Below are positions 25,125-35,838 of a DNA stretch of 64,000 bases, piece by piece (position 1 is the stretch's first letter; every line of letters begins with the position of its first letter). The DNA is taken from contig SVNV01000007.1 in assembly GCA_015066705.1 (NCBI GenBank), positions 7,573 through 71,572 of the forward strand. The letters are read 5' to 3'. A program made the translations under genes and the position numbers. The notes beneath the pieces were generated by a model. That model saw only the letters and a list, made by a program, of their open reading frames with translations, searched no databases and had not been told where the DNA came from. Source of the DNA: Ruminococcus sp. (GTDB taxonomy: Bacteria; Bacillota; Clostridia; Oscillospirales; Ruminococcaceae).

Positions 25125-26087
25125 ATGAAGTATTACATTGGTATCGACCTTGGAGGAACAAATATCAAGGCTGGTGTTGTTAATGAAAATTATGAGATTG
25201 TTGCTACCTCAAAGGTAAAGACAAATCTTCCAAGACCAGCACAGGAAATCTGTGATGATATGGCTGACTGTGCACTTGAAGCAGTTAAAAAAGCAGGTAT
25301 TTCACTTGATGACGTTGTAAGCGTTGGTGTTGGTACACCTGGTATCGCTAACAGCTCAAATGGCGTTGTTGAATATTCAAATAACCTTGGCTTTGTGAAT
25401 GTTCCTATGGCTGAAATGATTAAGGCTAAGATAAATAAGCCTGTTTACGTTGAAAACGATGCAAATGCTGCAGCTTACGGTGAATTTGTAGCAGGTGCTG
25501 CAAAGGGCGCTAACCACGCAGTTTGTATCACACTTGGCACAGGCGTAGGCGGAGGAATTATCATCGACGGAAAGATTTTTGCAGGCTTTAACTACGCAGG
25601 TGCTGAAATCGGACATACAGTTATCGAGGTTGACGGACCTCAGTGTACTTGCGGAAGAAAGGGCTGTTTTGAAGTTTTCTCATCTGCAACAGGCCTTATC
25701 AGAATGACTAAGGAAGCTATGGAAGAAAATAAAGATTCACTTATGTGGTATATGAAAAAGGACGACGGCGAAAGAGTTACAGGACGTCTTGCATTCAACG
25801 CTATGAGAGCAGGGGATAAGACTGCTAAGGAGGTTGTTGATAAGTATATCAAGTACCTCGCAGCAGGTATTACAAATACAATCAATACATTCCAGCCTGA
25901 TATCCTTTGTGTTGGCGGAGGCGTATGTAACGAAGGTGACCCACTTCTCGTTCCACTTAAAGCACTTGTTGCTAAGGAAGTTTATACAAGAAATTCAGAA
26001 AAGAATACTCAGATTGTTATCGCAAGCCTTGGAAATGATGCAGGTATTATCGGTGCCGCATTCCTGGGACTTGCTAAGCAGAACTAA
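25125..26087 (+). CDS. glk: ROK-family glucokinase
   Basis: DLGGTNIKAG, ENDANAAAYGE, and the Zn motif CTCGRKGCFE. Confidence 0.85.
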   Translation: MKYYIGIDLGGTNIKAGVVNENYEIVATSKVKTNLPRPAQEICDDMADCALEAVKKAGISLDDVVSVGVGTPGIANSSNGVVEYSNNLGFVNVPMAEMIKAKINKPVYVENDANAAAYGEFVAGAAKGANHAVCITLGTGVGGGIIIDGKIFAGFNYAGAEIGHTVIEVDGPQCTCGRKGCFEVFSSATGLIRMTKEAMEENKDSLMWYMKKDDGERVTGRLAFNAMRAGDKTAKEVVDKYIKYLAAGITNTINTFQPDILCVGGGVCNEGDPLLVPLKALVAKEVYTRNSEKNTQIVIASLGNDAGIIGAAFLGLAKQN

Positions 26088-26109
26088 TTTTAAAAAGAAG
26101 GTTTTATAA

Positions 26110-27774
26110 ATGGGCTGTAATTATTTTTGTGACGGAGTAGATAAGGCTCCACAGAGGTCACTTTTCAATGCACTGGGATTTACAAATGAGGATATGAAAA
26201 AACCACTTGTTGGTATCGTTTCTTCATATAACGAAATCGTTCCGGGGCATATGAATATAGATAAAATCGTTGACGCAGTAAAGCTTGGCGTTGCGGCGGC
26301 AGGCGGTACACCTGTTGTATTTCCTGCAATAGCTGTTTGTGACGGTATTGCTATGGGACACGTTGGAATGAAGTATTCACTTGTCACCCGTGACCTTATC
26401 GCTGACTCAACTGAATGTATGGCGCTTGCACATCACTTTGATGCACTTGTTATGGTGCCAAACTGTGATAAGAATGTTCCTGGGCTTCTTATGGCTGCTG
26501 CAAGAGTAAACGTTCCGACAATTTTTGTGTCGGGAGGACCAATGCTTGCAGGCCACGTCAAGGGAAAGAAAACTTCACTTTCTTCAATGTTTGAAGCAGT
26601 TGGCAGCTATGATGCGGGCATTATGTCAATGGACGACGTGTGCGAATACGAAAATAAGGCGTGCCCTACCTGTGGAAGCTGTTCGGGAATGTATACAGCT
26701 AACTCAATGAACTGCCTCACAGAAGTTCTTGGTATGGGACTGAGAGGAAACGGTACAATTCCTGCTGTTTATTCTGACAGAATCAAGCTTGCCAAAATGG
26801 CAGGTATGCAGGTAATGGAGCTTTATAGAAAAAATATCAGACCTCTTGATATTATGACAGATAAGGCATTCATTAACGCAATTACTGCTGATATGGCACT
26901 TGGCTGTTCAACAAACTCAATGCTCCACCTTCCTGCTATTGCACACGAATGTGGCGTTGAACTTGACCTTGACTTTGTAAATGAGATTTCAAAGAGAACT
27001 CCAAACCTTTGTCACCTTGCTCCTGCAGGTAATACATATATGGAAGACCTCAATGAGGCAGGTGGCGTATATGCTGTTTTAAATGAGCTTTCAAAGAAGG
27101 ACCTTTTAAACCTTGACTGTATGACCTGTACAGGTAAAACTGTCGGGGGAAACATCAAGGACTGTGAAAACAGAAACCCGGAAATTATAAGACCAATTAC
27201 AAACCCATATTCTGAAACTGGTGGAATTGCAGTTCTGAGAGGTAACCTTGCACCTGATACCTGCGTTGTAAAGCGTTCAGCTGTTTGTGATGAAATGCTT
27301 GTGCATCAAGGCCCTGCAAGAGTATTCGACTGCGAGGAAGATGCTATTGATGCTATCCGTGGTGGAAAAATCGTTGCTGGCGACGTTGTTGTTATCAGAT
27401 ACGAAGGCCCCAAGGGTGGCCCTGGTATGAGAGAAATGCTCAACCCTACATCTGCTATTGCAGGTATGGGACTTGGTTCAACCGTTGCACTTATTACTGA
27501 CGGACGTTTCAGTGGTGCTTCAAGAGGGGCATCTATCGGTCACGTTTCACCTGAGGCTGCTGTTGGCGGACCTATCGCACTTGTTGAAGAAGGGGATAAT
27601 ATCAAGATTGATATTCCTTCAAATACAATTACACTTGATGTTTCTGATGAAGAACTTGCAAGGAGAAAATCAGAGTGGAAACCAAGAGAGCCAAAGGTTA
27701 AAACCGGCTATCTTGCAAGATATGCGTCACTTGTTACATCTGCAAATAAGGGTGCGATTTTAGAGCATAAATAG
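26110..27774 (+). CDS. ilvD: Dihydroxy-acid dehydratase
   Basis: [33 protein letters not shown] and TDGRFSG motifs. Confidence 0.95.
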   Translation: MGCNYFCDGVDKAPQRSLFNALGFTNEDMKKPLVGIVSSYNEIVPGHMNIDKIVDAVKLGVAAAGGTPVVFPAIAVCDGIAMGHVGMKYSLVTRDLIADSTECMALAHHFDALVMVPNCDKNVPGLLMAAARVNVPTIFVSGGPMLAGHVKGKKTSLSSMFEAVGSYDAGIMSMDDVCEYENKACPTCGSCSGMYTANSMNCLTEVLGMGLRGNGTIPAVYSDRIKLAKMAGMQVMELYRKNIRPLDIMTDKAFINAITADMALGCSTNSMLHLPAIAHECGVELDLDFVNEISKRTPNLCHLAPAGNTYMEDLNEAGGVYAVLNELSKKDLLNLDCMTCTGKTVGGNIKDCENRNPEIIRPITNPYSETGGIAVLRGNLAPDTCVVKRSAVCDEMLVHQGPARVFDCEEDAIDAIRGGKIVAGDVVVIRYEGPKGGPGMREMLNPTSAIAGMGLGSTVALITDGRFSGASRGASIGHVSPEAAVGGPIALVEEGDNIKIDIPSNTITLDVSDEELARRKSEWKPREPKVKTGYLARYASLVTSANKGAILEHK

Positions 27775-27784
27775 GAGAAAAAGT

Positions 27785-29053
27785 ATGTTGCTTTTAAAAA
27801 ATATCAGAGCTGTTGACAGCTCAATCAAACTTGATAAAATCACTGACATTCTTATTGACGACGGAAAAATTTTAAAGGTTTGTGAAAATATAACCGATAA
27901 AGCTGACAGAATTATCGACGGAATGGGAAAGCTTGTTGTTTTTCCCGGACTTGTTGATATGCACGTTCACCTCCGTGACCCTGGATTTACCCATAAAGAG
28001 GACGTAATCACTGGAACAAATTCAGCTAAAGCAGGTGGTTTTACTGCTGTTGCCTGTATGCCGAATACCAAGCCTGCAATAGATAATGCTGATACAGTTA
28101 AGTATATTCTCGATAAAGCTAAAGATACAGGCGTTAAGGTTTATCCTGTTGGCTGTATTACAAAGGGAATGAGTGGTGGCGAGCTTTGCGATTACGACGA
28201 GCTTAAAAATGCTGGCGTTATTGCAATTTCCGACGACGGAAGACCTGTTGAAAATGCAGAGCTTATGCGTCAGGCACTTGAACTTTCAAATACAAACGGA
28301 CTTTGCGTGATTTCACACTGTGAGGATTTGAATATCATTAACGGTGGTATTATGAATAAGGGCGAAATCAGTGAAAAGCTTGGCGTTAAGGGAATGGACA
28401 GAGCCAGCGAGGACTATATTACAGCAAGAGAAATTGCACTTGCTATGTCCTGCGATGCACATATCCATATAGCTCACGTTTCCACAGAAGGCTCTGTGAA
28501 TATCATAAGAGCTGCTAAAAAGGACGGAGTTAAGGTTACTTGTGAAACCTGCCCTCACTACTTCACCTACACTGATAAAAAGCTTCTTTCACAGGACGCT
28601 GATTATAGAATGAACCCACCTCTGAGAACAGAAAAGGATAGAATTGCTATTGAAAAGGCTGTTCTTGACGGAACAATCGACTGTATTGTTACCGATCACG
28701 CACCTCACGCTAAGGAGGAAAAGGCTGACTTCTTGAAGGCACCTAACGGCGTTGTGGGACTTGAGACCTCACTTGCTGTTACTCTTACACAGCTTTATCA
28801 TACAGGTAAATGTGACCTTATGAAAATCTGTGAAATTATGAGTGAAAACCCACGAAAAGTGCTTGGTGTAGAGGCTGTTTCAATCAGGGTAGGCTCAGAT
28901 GCTGACCTTACAATTTTTGATACTGATATTGAATGGGAGGTTGTTCCGGAGGAACTTCATTCCAAGTCAAAAAATACAGTTTTCAAAGGTGAAAAGCTGA
29001 AAGGAAAAACAGTTTTCACAATTTCAGACGGCGAAATCGTGTTTAAACTTTAA
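27785..29053 (+). CDS. pyrC: Dihydroorotase
   Basis: DMHVHLRDPG, HIAHVS and TDHAPH motifs. Confidence 0.9.
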   Translation: MLLLKNIRAVDSSIKLDKITDILIDDGKILKVCENITDKADRIIDGMGKLVVFPGLVDMHVHLRDPGFTHKEDVITGTNSAKAGGFTAVACMPNTKPAIDNADTVKYILDKAKDTGVKVYPVGCITKGMSGGELCDYDELKNAGVIAISDDGRPVENAELMRQALELSNTNGLCVISHCEDLNIINGGIMNKGEISEKLGVKGMDRASEDYITAREIALAMSCDAHIHIAHVSTEGSVNIIRAAKKDGVKVTCETCPHYFTYTDKKLLSQDADYRMNPPLRTEKDRIAIEKAVLDGTIDCIVTDHAPHAKEEKADFLKAPNGVVGLETSLAVTLTQLYHTGKCDLMKICEIMSENPRKVLGVEAVSIRVGSDADLTIFDTDIEWEVVPEELHSKSKNTVFKGEKLKGKTVFTISDGEIVFKL

Positions 29054-29085
29054 TTATCGTAAATTATTTTTAAGGAGTGTTATAT

Positions 29086-30018
29086 ATGTCATTTGACAGA
29101 CTTATCGAAAAAATCGTAAAAACCCAGAACCCAACCGTTGTAGGTCTTGACCCTAAGCTTGACTATGTTCCTGAATTTATCAAGGAAAAGAAGTTTGAAA
29201 AGTACGGTAAGACTCTTGAAGGTGCTGCTAAGGCAATCCTTACCTTCAATAAGAAGATTATCGATGAAATTTACGACATCGTTCCTGCAATCAAGCCACA
29301 GGCTGCTTACTATGAAATGTACGGCTGGCAGGGTGTAAAGACTCTTTATAAGACAATCGAATACGCACAGTCAAAGGGTATGTATGTTATCACAGACGGT
29401 AAGAGAAACGATATCGGTGCTACTATGGAAGCATACGCTACTGCTCACCTCGGTGTAACTGATGTTGACGGTGAAATGATTTCAGCTTTTGGTGCTGATG
29501 CACTTACAGTAAACGGATACCTCGGTACAGATGGTATTTCACCACTTCTTGAACAGTGCAGAAATAACGATAAGGGAATTTTCGTGCTTGTTAAGACTTC
29601 AAATAAGTCAAGTGGCGAGCTTCAGGATAAGTATATCGGAATCAAGACAGTTTATAATGTAATGGGCGATATGTGTGAAAGCTGGGGCGCTGAGGCTATG
29701 GGTAAGTACGGCTATTCATCTGTTGGTGCGGTAGTTGGTGCTACATATCCGGAACAGCTTGCTGAAATGAGAAAGGCACTCCCACATACATTCTTCCTCG
29801 TACCTGGCTATGGTGCACAGGGCGGTGGCGCTGAAGGCGTAGCTAAGGGTTTTGACGCAAACGGTCTTGGCGCAATCGTAAACTCATCAAGAGCAGTAAT
29901 GTGTGCATATAAGAAGGAAGGCTGTGACGAACAGGATTTCGCAAAGGCTGCAAGAAGAGAAGTTATCAGAATGAAGGAAGATATTATTTCATACCTTCCA
30001 AAAATTGCACTTGAATAA
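29086..30018 (+). CDS. pyrF: Orotidine 5'-phosphate decarboxylase (long, type 2)
   Basis: Track ORF 29077..30018; the ATG at 29086 has an AAGGAG RBS. Motifs VGLDP, DGKRNDIG and VPGYGAQGG. Confidence 0.9.
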   Translation: MSFDRLIEKIVKTQNPTVVGLDPKLDYVPEFIKEKKFEKYGKTLEGAAKAILTFNKKIIDEIYDIVPAIKPQAAYYEMYGWQGVKTLYKTIEYAQSKGMYVITDGKRNDIGATMEAYATAHLGVTDVDGEMISAFGADALTVNGYLGTDGISPLLEQCRNNDKGIFVLVKTSNKSSGELQDKYIGIKTVYNVMGDMCESWGAEAMGKYGYSSVGAVVGATYPEQLAEMRKALPHTFFLVPGYGAQGGGAEGVAKGFDANGLGAIVNSSRAVMCAYKKEGCDEQDFAKAARREVIRMKEDIISYLPKIALE

Positions 30019-30036
30019 TTTAAGGGGAATTACATT

Positions 30037-30807
30037 ATGAAATACACTCAGGGAAGATATGTGATTGTTGATAAAAAGGCAATCGCAAAGGGCGTTTTTG
30101 ATTTTACAATCAGCTGTAAGGAAGTGGCAGATGTTGCTGAGTGTGGACAGTTTGTTCACATTGCAGCAGATGGATTTTCTTTAAGACGTCCTATTTCAAT
30201 TTGTGATATTGATAAGGAAAAAGGCACTTTGAGAATTGTTTTTGAAGTGAGAGGAAAGGGTACTGAAAAGATTTCCGAGCTTAATAAGGGCGACCTTATT
30301 GATATGATTGCTCCTCTCGGCAAGGGCTTTAAGGTGCTTGAAAAGGGCAAAAAGGCTATATGTATCGGTGGTGGTATCGGTACACCTCCTATGCTTGCTA
30401 TCGCTAAGGAATATGGCGAAAATGCAACAGTAATTTCAGGCTTTAGAAACTCTGCTATCGCAATTCTGCAGGACGACTTCAAGGCACAGGGAAATAACAC
30501 AATTCTCTGTACTGACGACGGCTCAGCAGGTAAAAAGGGCTTTGTAACAGACGCTCTGAAGGAATGCCTTTTGAATGAAAAGCCTGACATTATCTATGCT
30601 TGTGGCCCTAATGTGATGCTTAAGGCTGTTGCTGAAATCGCAAGAGATAACGGCGTTTACTGTCAGGTTTCACTTGAAGAAAGAATGGGCTGTGGCGTGG
30701 GTGCTTGCCTTGTTTGTGCTTGTAAAACAGTAAAGGACGGGGAAGAATATTTTGCTCACGTTTGTAAGGACGGCCCTGTATTTTCTGCTGAGGAGGTAAT
30801 TTTCTGA
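30037..30807 (+). CDS. pyrK: Dihydroorotate dehydrogenase electron-transfer subunit
   Basis: FAD/NAD-binding ferredoxin-reductase fold (RRPISI, GGGIG) and a C-terminal 2Fe-2S motif CGVGACLVCAC. Confidence 0.9.
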   Translation: MKYTQGRYVIVDKKAIAKGVFDFTISCKEVADVAECGQFVHIAADGFSLRRPISICDIDKEKGTLRIVFEVRGKGTEKISELNKGDLIDMIAPLGKGFKVLEKGKKAICIGGGIGTPPMLAIAKEYGENATVISGFRNSAIAILQDDFKAQGNNTILCTDDGSAGKKGFVTDALKECLLNEKPDIIYACGPNVMLKAVAEIARDNGVYCQVSLEERMGCGVGACLVCACKTVKDGEEYFAHVCKDGPVFSAEEVIF

Positions 30808-31718
30808 TGGCTGATTTGAGAATAAATTTTGCAGGCGTTGATTTTAAAAACCCTGTTATCCCTGCAAGTGGTGCTTTTGGCTATGGCAGAGAATACGAAG
30901 AACTTTATCCACTTTCAAAGCTTGGTGGTATTTCTGTTAAGGGAACTACATTAAAGCCAAGAAACGGTAATCCTGCACCAAGAATTGCTGAAACTCCTGC
31001 CGGAATGCTTAATTCAGTAGGACTTCAGAATGGTGGCGTTGAAAAGTTTATCGAATATGAACTTCCACACCTTAAAAAGCAGGATATCGTGGTTGTCGCT
31101 AATATTGCAGGCGCTACAATGGAAGAGTGTAAGGAACTTGCAGCTATCGTTGACAAGTCCGACGCTGATATGATTGAACTTAATATTTCCTGCCCTAACG
31201 TAAAGCAGGGCGGTGCGGCATTCGGTACAAGCTGTGACATGGCAGCAGGTATTACAAAGGCTGTAAGAAGTGCTACAACAAAGCCACTTATGGTTAAGCT
31301 TTCACCAAACGTAACAAGTATTACTGATATCGCTAAGGCTGTTGAGGCTGAAGGCGCTGACGCAGTTTCGCTTATAAACACACTTCTCGGAATGAGAATT
31401 GACATCAAAACCCGTAGACCAATTCTTAAGAATAATGTAGGCGGACTTTCTGGTCCTGCTGTTTTCCCGGTTGCTGTAAGAATGGTATGGCAGGTTGCAA
31501 ACGCTGTTAAAATTCCTGTTTGCGGAATGGGTGGTATCGCTACTGCTGAGGACGCAATCGAAATGATGATGGCAGGGGCACAGACAATCCAGCTTGGCGC
31601 TGCTATCTTCAAAAATCCATTTGCACCAATAGAAATCATTGACGGAATGAATAAGTGGTGCGACGAAAACGGCGTTAAATCACTTTCTGAAATTATCGGC
31701 ACAGTAAAGCCTTGGTAA
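30807..31718 (+). CDS. pyrD: Dihydroorotate dehydrogenase 1B catalytic subunit
   Basis: NISCPNV, GGLSGPA and GMGGI motifs. Start overlaps the pyrK stop. Confidence 0.92.
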   Translation: MADLRINFAGVDFKNPVIPASGAFGYGREYEELYPLSKLGGISVKGTTLKPRNGNPAPRIAETPAGMLNSVGLQNGGVEKFIEYELPHLKKQDIVVVANIAGATMEECKELAAIVDKSDADMIELNISCPNVKQGGAAFGTSCDMAAGITKAVRSATTKPLMVKLSPNVTSITDIAKAVEAEGADAVSLINTLLGMRIDIKTRRPILKNNVGGLSGPAVFPVAVRMVWQVANAVKIPVCGMGGIATAEDAIEMMMAGAQTIQLGAAIFKNPFAPIEIIDGMNKWCDENGVKSLSEIIGTVKPW

Positions 31719-31728
31719 GGAGAAATTT

Positions 31729-32163
31729 ATGAAAATAATGGCAGTTGACCTGGGTGACGCAAGAACAGGACTTGCTGTGTGCGACAGAACAGAATTTTTG
31801 GCTTCGCCAATCGGTACGGTTGAGGAGAGAAGGTTTGATGTTCTTGTCCAGAAGGTTGCTTATATGGCAAAACAGTATGAGGTTGAGGAAATCGTTGTGG
31901 GACTTCCGCTTAATATGAACGGTTCAAAGGGCCCCAGAGCAGAAAAGGCTGAGCTTTTTGCAAACGCACTTAATGAGGCTACTGAAATTACTGTTAATAT
32001 GTGGGACGAGCGTTCGACCACCGTTCAGGCACATAACTATCTGAATGTTACAAATACAAGAGGTAAAAAGCGTAAGGAAATAGTTGATACAGTTTCTGCA
32101 ACAATAATTTTGGAGGCTTATCTTGATTTCAGAAGAAAACGTAAGGAAAAAGAACAAGCGTAA
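31729..32163 (+). CDS. ruvX: Holliday-junction resolvase-like nuclease RuvX (YqgF)
   Basis: MKIMAVDLGDARTGLAV..., ERSTT, and AAIILE-like ATIILEAYL. Confidence 0.9.
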   Translation: MKIMAVDLGDARTGLAVCDRTEFLASPIGTVEERRFDVLVQKVAYMAKQYEVEEIVVGLPLNMNGSKGPRAEKAELFANALNEATEITVNMWDERSTTVQAHNYLNVTNTRGKKRKEIVDTVSATIILEAYLDFRRKRKEKEQA

Positions 32164-32992
32164 AATAATACTTTTAATTGCTTTAATTGTATTTGCTTTG
32201 TTTAATGCAATCGAGCTTATCCGTTCAAATACATATATTCAGGTGGAAGAGTTTACTTATAAAAGCGAACTTGTTCCTGAGGAATTTGACGGCTGTAAAA
32301 TCGTGCATATTTCCGATTTTCATAATCAGGGCAAAAACTATACCGACCGTCTTGTAAAAAAGACTAAAGAACAAACCCCCGACTATATTTTTATAACAGG
32401 GGATATATGCGACTCTATGAGAACTGATATTGATGATGCGATTTATTTTATCGAAAAAATATCAGCTGTCGCACCCTGCTATCTTATATGGGGAAATCAC
32501 GATTATAATGTTACAGATGATGAACGTCAGCAAATGTGGGACTGCGCTGAAAAAAACGGAGCAACCGTGCTTGAAAGTGACTATACCACCATCGAAAAAA
32601 ATGGTGAAAGCGTGTTTATTGTAGGTACTTCAAGCCATATGAATAGTGAGTTTACAGTTAATATGCTTGAAAATTTTCCACAAAAACAAGGGCTTACACT
32701 CTGGCTTCACCATTATCCTGAGGATTTTTCTGATATTTTGGAAACCTCACAGGGGCATAACAACAAAGCTGACCTTGTTTTTTCGGGCCACGCACACGGT
32801 GGACTTGTGGGACTTCCGTTTAATAATGGTTTTTTCTCACCTGGTCAGGGGATTTTACCTGAGTATACATCTGGTGACTATTATGAAAATGAAAGTATGA
32901 TGCTTGTAAGCCGTGGTGTGGGAAACAGTAGCTATACAAAGCGGTTTTTAAATCCTTTTCAACTTGTTGTCTGCACTCTTGAAAAAGAATAA
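32123..32992 (+). CDS. Membrane-anchored metallophosphoesterase
   Basis: ISDFHN, GDICD, GNHD and SGHAHGG motifs. N-terminal TM helix. TTG start overlaps the ruvX end. Confidence 0.75.
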   Translation: MISEENVRKKNKRKIILLIALIVFALFNAIELIRSNTYIQVEEFTYKSELVPEEFDGCKIVHISDFHNQGKNYTDRLVKKTKEQTPDYIFITGDICDSMRTDIDDAIYFIEKISAVAPCYLIWGNHDYNVTDDERQQMWDCAEKNGATVLESDYTTIEKNGESVFIVGTSSHMNSEFTVNMLENFPQKQGLTLWLHHYPEDFSDILETSQGHNNKADLVFSGHAHGGLVGLPFNNGFFSPGQGILPEYTSGDYYENESMMLVSRGVGNSSYTKRFLNPFQLVVCTLEKE

Positions 32993-33016
32993 ACCTATCC
33001 CTGAGGATTTTATCCA

Positions 33017-33382
33017 TCAGGGATTTTTGTTTTTCTTGAAAAAAGTTATAATGCCAACAGCAATTATGAAAACCCCGAAAGCAGTTTTTAACATATCAGC
33101 GTTGATTTTAGTTGCAATAAAAGAAAAAATGCTGACAGCAATCCCACCTGTAATAAGAGGTAATAGCACGAATTTCCATTTGATTAGCTTCCTTTTTGAA
33201 TGTAAAATCACAGAAAAAATTCCGATTGGAATGAAAAATAGTAAATTTATTCCTTGAGAGCTGAGCTGGTCAAGCCCATTTATCGCAGAAAGATAAAGTA
33301 TCAAAACCATACCACCGCCAAGACCCATTGATGCCATAATTCCAGATAAAAATGAAACAATTCCGATAATAATTAAATCCAT
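33017..33382 (-). CDS. TauE/SafE (TSUP) family half-size membrane protein, second half
   Basis: 120 aa, 4 TM, Gly-rich helices (GLGGGMV). Overlaps the upstream half-gene by 10 nt. Confidence 0.65.
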   Translation of the reverse strand: MDLIIIGIVSFLSGIMASMGLGGGMVLILYLSAINGLDQLSSQGINLLFFIPIGIFSVILHSKRKLIKWKFVLLPLITGGIAVSIFSFIATKINADMLKTAFGVFIIAVGIITFFKKNKNP

Positions 33383-33735
33383 ATCAGCCTTACTCCTGCA
33401 ATAACCATAACTACCGCAAAAACTTTTTTCAGTAATTTACCTGAAATTCTACTGAGTAGCTTTGCTCCCACAACAGCACCTATAATTCCAAGCGGAAGGT
33501 ATTTTAATGCCTCTGAAATGTCAAGACTTCCGCCACTTAAGTAAAAGAAACTGCTTATAATTGAGAGAGGAAGCGTTATGGCAATGGAAGTTGAATGGGC
33601 ATTCTGAGGCTCTAAGCCTGCACTTTCCAATAAAGGTACAGCGAGAATACCGCCTCCTGAGCCGAAAAATCCTGTCAAAGAGCCTATAATAATTCCGCAT
33701 ATAAGTAGCTTTAATTTGCTGAATTTCTTTTTCAT
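33373..33735 (-). CDS. TauE/SafE (TSUP) family half-size membrane protein, first half
   Basis: 120 aa, 4 TM, GFFGSGGGILAVPLL motif. Confidence 0.65.
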   Translation of the reverse strand: MKKKFSKLKLLICGIIIGSLTGFFGSGGGILAVPLLESAGLEPQNAHSTSIAITLPLSIISSFFYLSGGSLDISEALKYLPLGIIGAVVGAKLLSRISGKLLKKVFAVVMVIAGVRLIWI

Positions 33736-33825
33736 AAAAACCGCCTTTTTTAAGTATTGTTCTCAAAAAAGACAGAAATATTAAAGCACCGCAGTATTTA
33801 AACCACGGTGCTTTTTTTTGAGGAA

Positions 33826-35823
33826 TTATGCTGCGAGATTGATTTCCTTGATAGTTTCACCTGAATTGATGTCTACCATTGTGAGTAAATAATCCGAAAA
33901 AATATAAACTGTGTCGTTTACATAAAGTGCTCGCCCTGCTTCGCTGCTTATCTCTATCTCAGATAAAACTTCAAAGCCATCATCTGTGTACTTGTAAATA
34001 GCGTATCTGTAATCTTCGCCATTCTTATATTCATTTCCGTTTTCGTCTACATCAATAAACCAGTCGTGACAAGCGACGTAAGGGAAACCGATAATATTCT
34101 TTTCTCCGTTTATCAGGAGATATTTGTGATTACCGCAGGCAATAGAATCAATGAAGTAGTAATATTCGTCCTCACTTATTACCACCTTTGCAATTTCACT
34201 TTGCTCACCCTTTTCGTTTTCTTCAAACATTGAAAGCTTGAGACCTGTTGTCCAGCCTGTGTTTTCATCTGCTTCATTACCGAATCCTAAAAGGAGATTA
34301 TCTCGGAATCTTCTTAAATGAGTTGAAAAACCGCTGATTTTAAGCTTATCTAAAATTACAGGATTTTCAGGGTCAGAAAGGTCTACTGTGTAAAGCGGGT
34401 CTGTCTGTCTGAAGGTAACGATGTAAGCGATGTTTCCTTCAAATTTTACAGATTTTATCTGTTCGTTTTCGCCCATACCGCCAAGTGTTGAAAGGTGCTT
34501 CATATCCTTGTCAAAAATATAAAGAGCATTGTCGCTGTCTCTGTTGGTTGCTATTCTGAAATATCCGTTAAACTCGTCGCCTGAGAACTGGTCTTTTACA
34601 AAGCCTTCAACAACTGTTCTGCCGGTGAGAGTAATGTTTTCCTTTATAGAAAATTTCGTGATATAACAGTGTCTTGAGTATCGCAGGATACCTGTTTTGT
34701 TTTCGTCACGTTTAGAAAAGTTTGACATAAGATAGATGTTGTCGTGATTGCAGTAAACCTCAGGTGAATTTGTAAATACCGTCTGAACGTCGGAGTTTTT
34801 AATATTATTTATATCAAGCTGAGAAATAACCGCATATCCCGAAAAATCAGAAGCGTCGTTTATAACAATGTTTTCAGGAGAAACAAGTTCCTTCTTGTAG
34901 TCGATAGCGTAAGTCGGAATGTAGGTTTCGGGCTCGTCTATATCACAATGAGTGAACTGGTACATTGACTTGTAAGAAATAATATAAAGCTTGTTGTTAA
35001 TCATACGGCTTGTAATGTAAGCGCCGTCCTGAGTAAAGAAGTTTTCTTTATTAAGCTCACCCTTGTCATTTATTTGATAAATTTCTGCAGAGCATATATT
35101 GTTGTTATCTTTTTTATCGGAATACATATATACCAACTTGTTCTCAACTAAAAACATCTCGGAAACCATATATTCACTTGTGTTTATAACCTGAGTTTTG
35201 CTTAATATGTCGCCTTTAAGATTTATAACGTAGATACAGTCACCGCTGAGATAATAGATGAATTTTCCGTCGGTCTTAATAACGTCAGCTTCAGCAACGC
35301 CCTCAACCTGCTGATAGGTTTCAGAAAATTCGTCTCTGTTTGCGTCATTATCACCATTAGGTGAAGTAGAGGGTGCTTCTTGTATACTCTCGTTGTGTAC
35401 CGGCGGGGTACTCAAATCTGCTTCTTCATCATCAAAATCCACACCTGACTGATAAAGGTAAAGATATTCTCTGTCGTTTATCTTGCTCAGAATGTTATAT
35501 ATTTCCTTGTAGGAAAGGGTATTTTTGTTGCTTTGAAGATTTACTACACCGTTAACACTTGGATTGTTTTCCATTTCGCTGACGAAGTTGTTTTCCGGCT
35601 TCTTGTTATTTTCACCGCTGTCGGTAATGCCGTTGTTTGTATTTGCAGAAATACCGATAATAATTGCAAAACAAGCAGCAAGTGATGTTATGCCTGAAAT
35701 AAGTCTGATTTTCTTTCTCTTTTTAGAAGCTTTGTTTTCGTTAATAAGCTTCACCATATTTTCTGGTGAGATTTTATCCGGAACAGTATATTTATCTTCC
35801 ATTTTCTTTTTGAAATCGCTCAT
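33826..35823 (-). CDS. Membrane-anchored protein with C-terminal beta-propeller domain (COG4880-like); probable anti-sigma partner of the upstream ECF sigma
   Basis: Short cytoplasmic N-terminus and a single TM. The extracytoplasmic part has the family signature AYIVTFRQTDPLYTVDLSDPENPVILDKLKISGFSTHL. Begins 16 nt after the sigma gene. Confidence 0.7.
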   Translation of the reverse strand: MSDFKKKMEDKYTVPDKISPENMVKLINENKASKKRKKIRLISGITSLAACFAIIIGISANTNNGITDSGENNKKPENNFVSEMENNPSVNGVVNLQSNKNTLSYKEIYNILSKINDREYLYLYQSGVDFDDEEADLSTPPVHNESIQEAPSTSPNGDNDANRDEFSETYQQVEGVAEADVIKTDGKFIYYLSGDCIYVINLKGDILSKTQVINTSEYMVSEMFLVENKLVYMYSDKKDNNNICSAEIYQINDKGELNKENFFTQDGAYITSRMINNKLYIISYKSMYQFTHCDIDEPETYIPTYAIDYKKELVSPENIVINDASDFSGYAVISQLDINNIKNSDVQTVFTNSPEVYCNHDNIYLMSNFSKRDENKTGILRYSRHCYITKFSIKENITLTGRTVVEGFVKDQFSGDEFNGYFRIATNRDSDNALYIFDKDMKHLSTLGGMGENEQIKSVKFEGNIAYIVTFRQTDPLYTVDLSDPENPVILDKLKISGFSTHLRRFRDNLLLGFGNEADENTGWTTGLKLSMFEENEKGEQSEIAKVVISEDEYYYFIDSIACGNHKYLLINGEKNIIGFPYVACHDWFIDVDENGNEYKNGEDYRYAIYKYTDDGFEVLSEIEISSEAGRALYVNDTVYIFSDYLLTMVDINSGETIKEINLAA

Positions 35824-35838
35824 AAAATCAATCCTTTC

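Noticed and set aside
31025-31702. 225-aa minus-strand ORF antisense to pyrD. Similar long antisense ORFs occur in pyrK (30156..30590), relA (57530..58018) and rlmD (60576..61196).
   Set aside because: Each is fully embedded antisense in a strongly supported conserved gene. They have biased low-complexity composition and no RBS, and are typical shadow ORFs.
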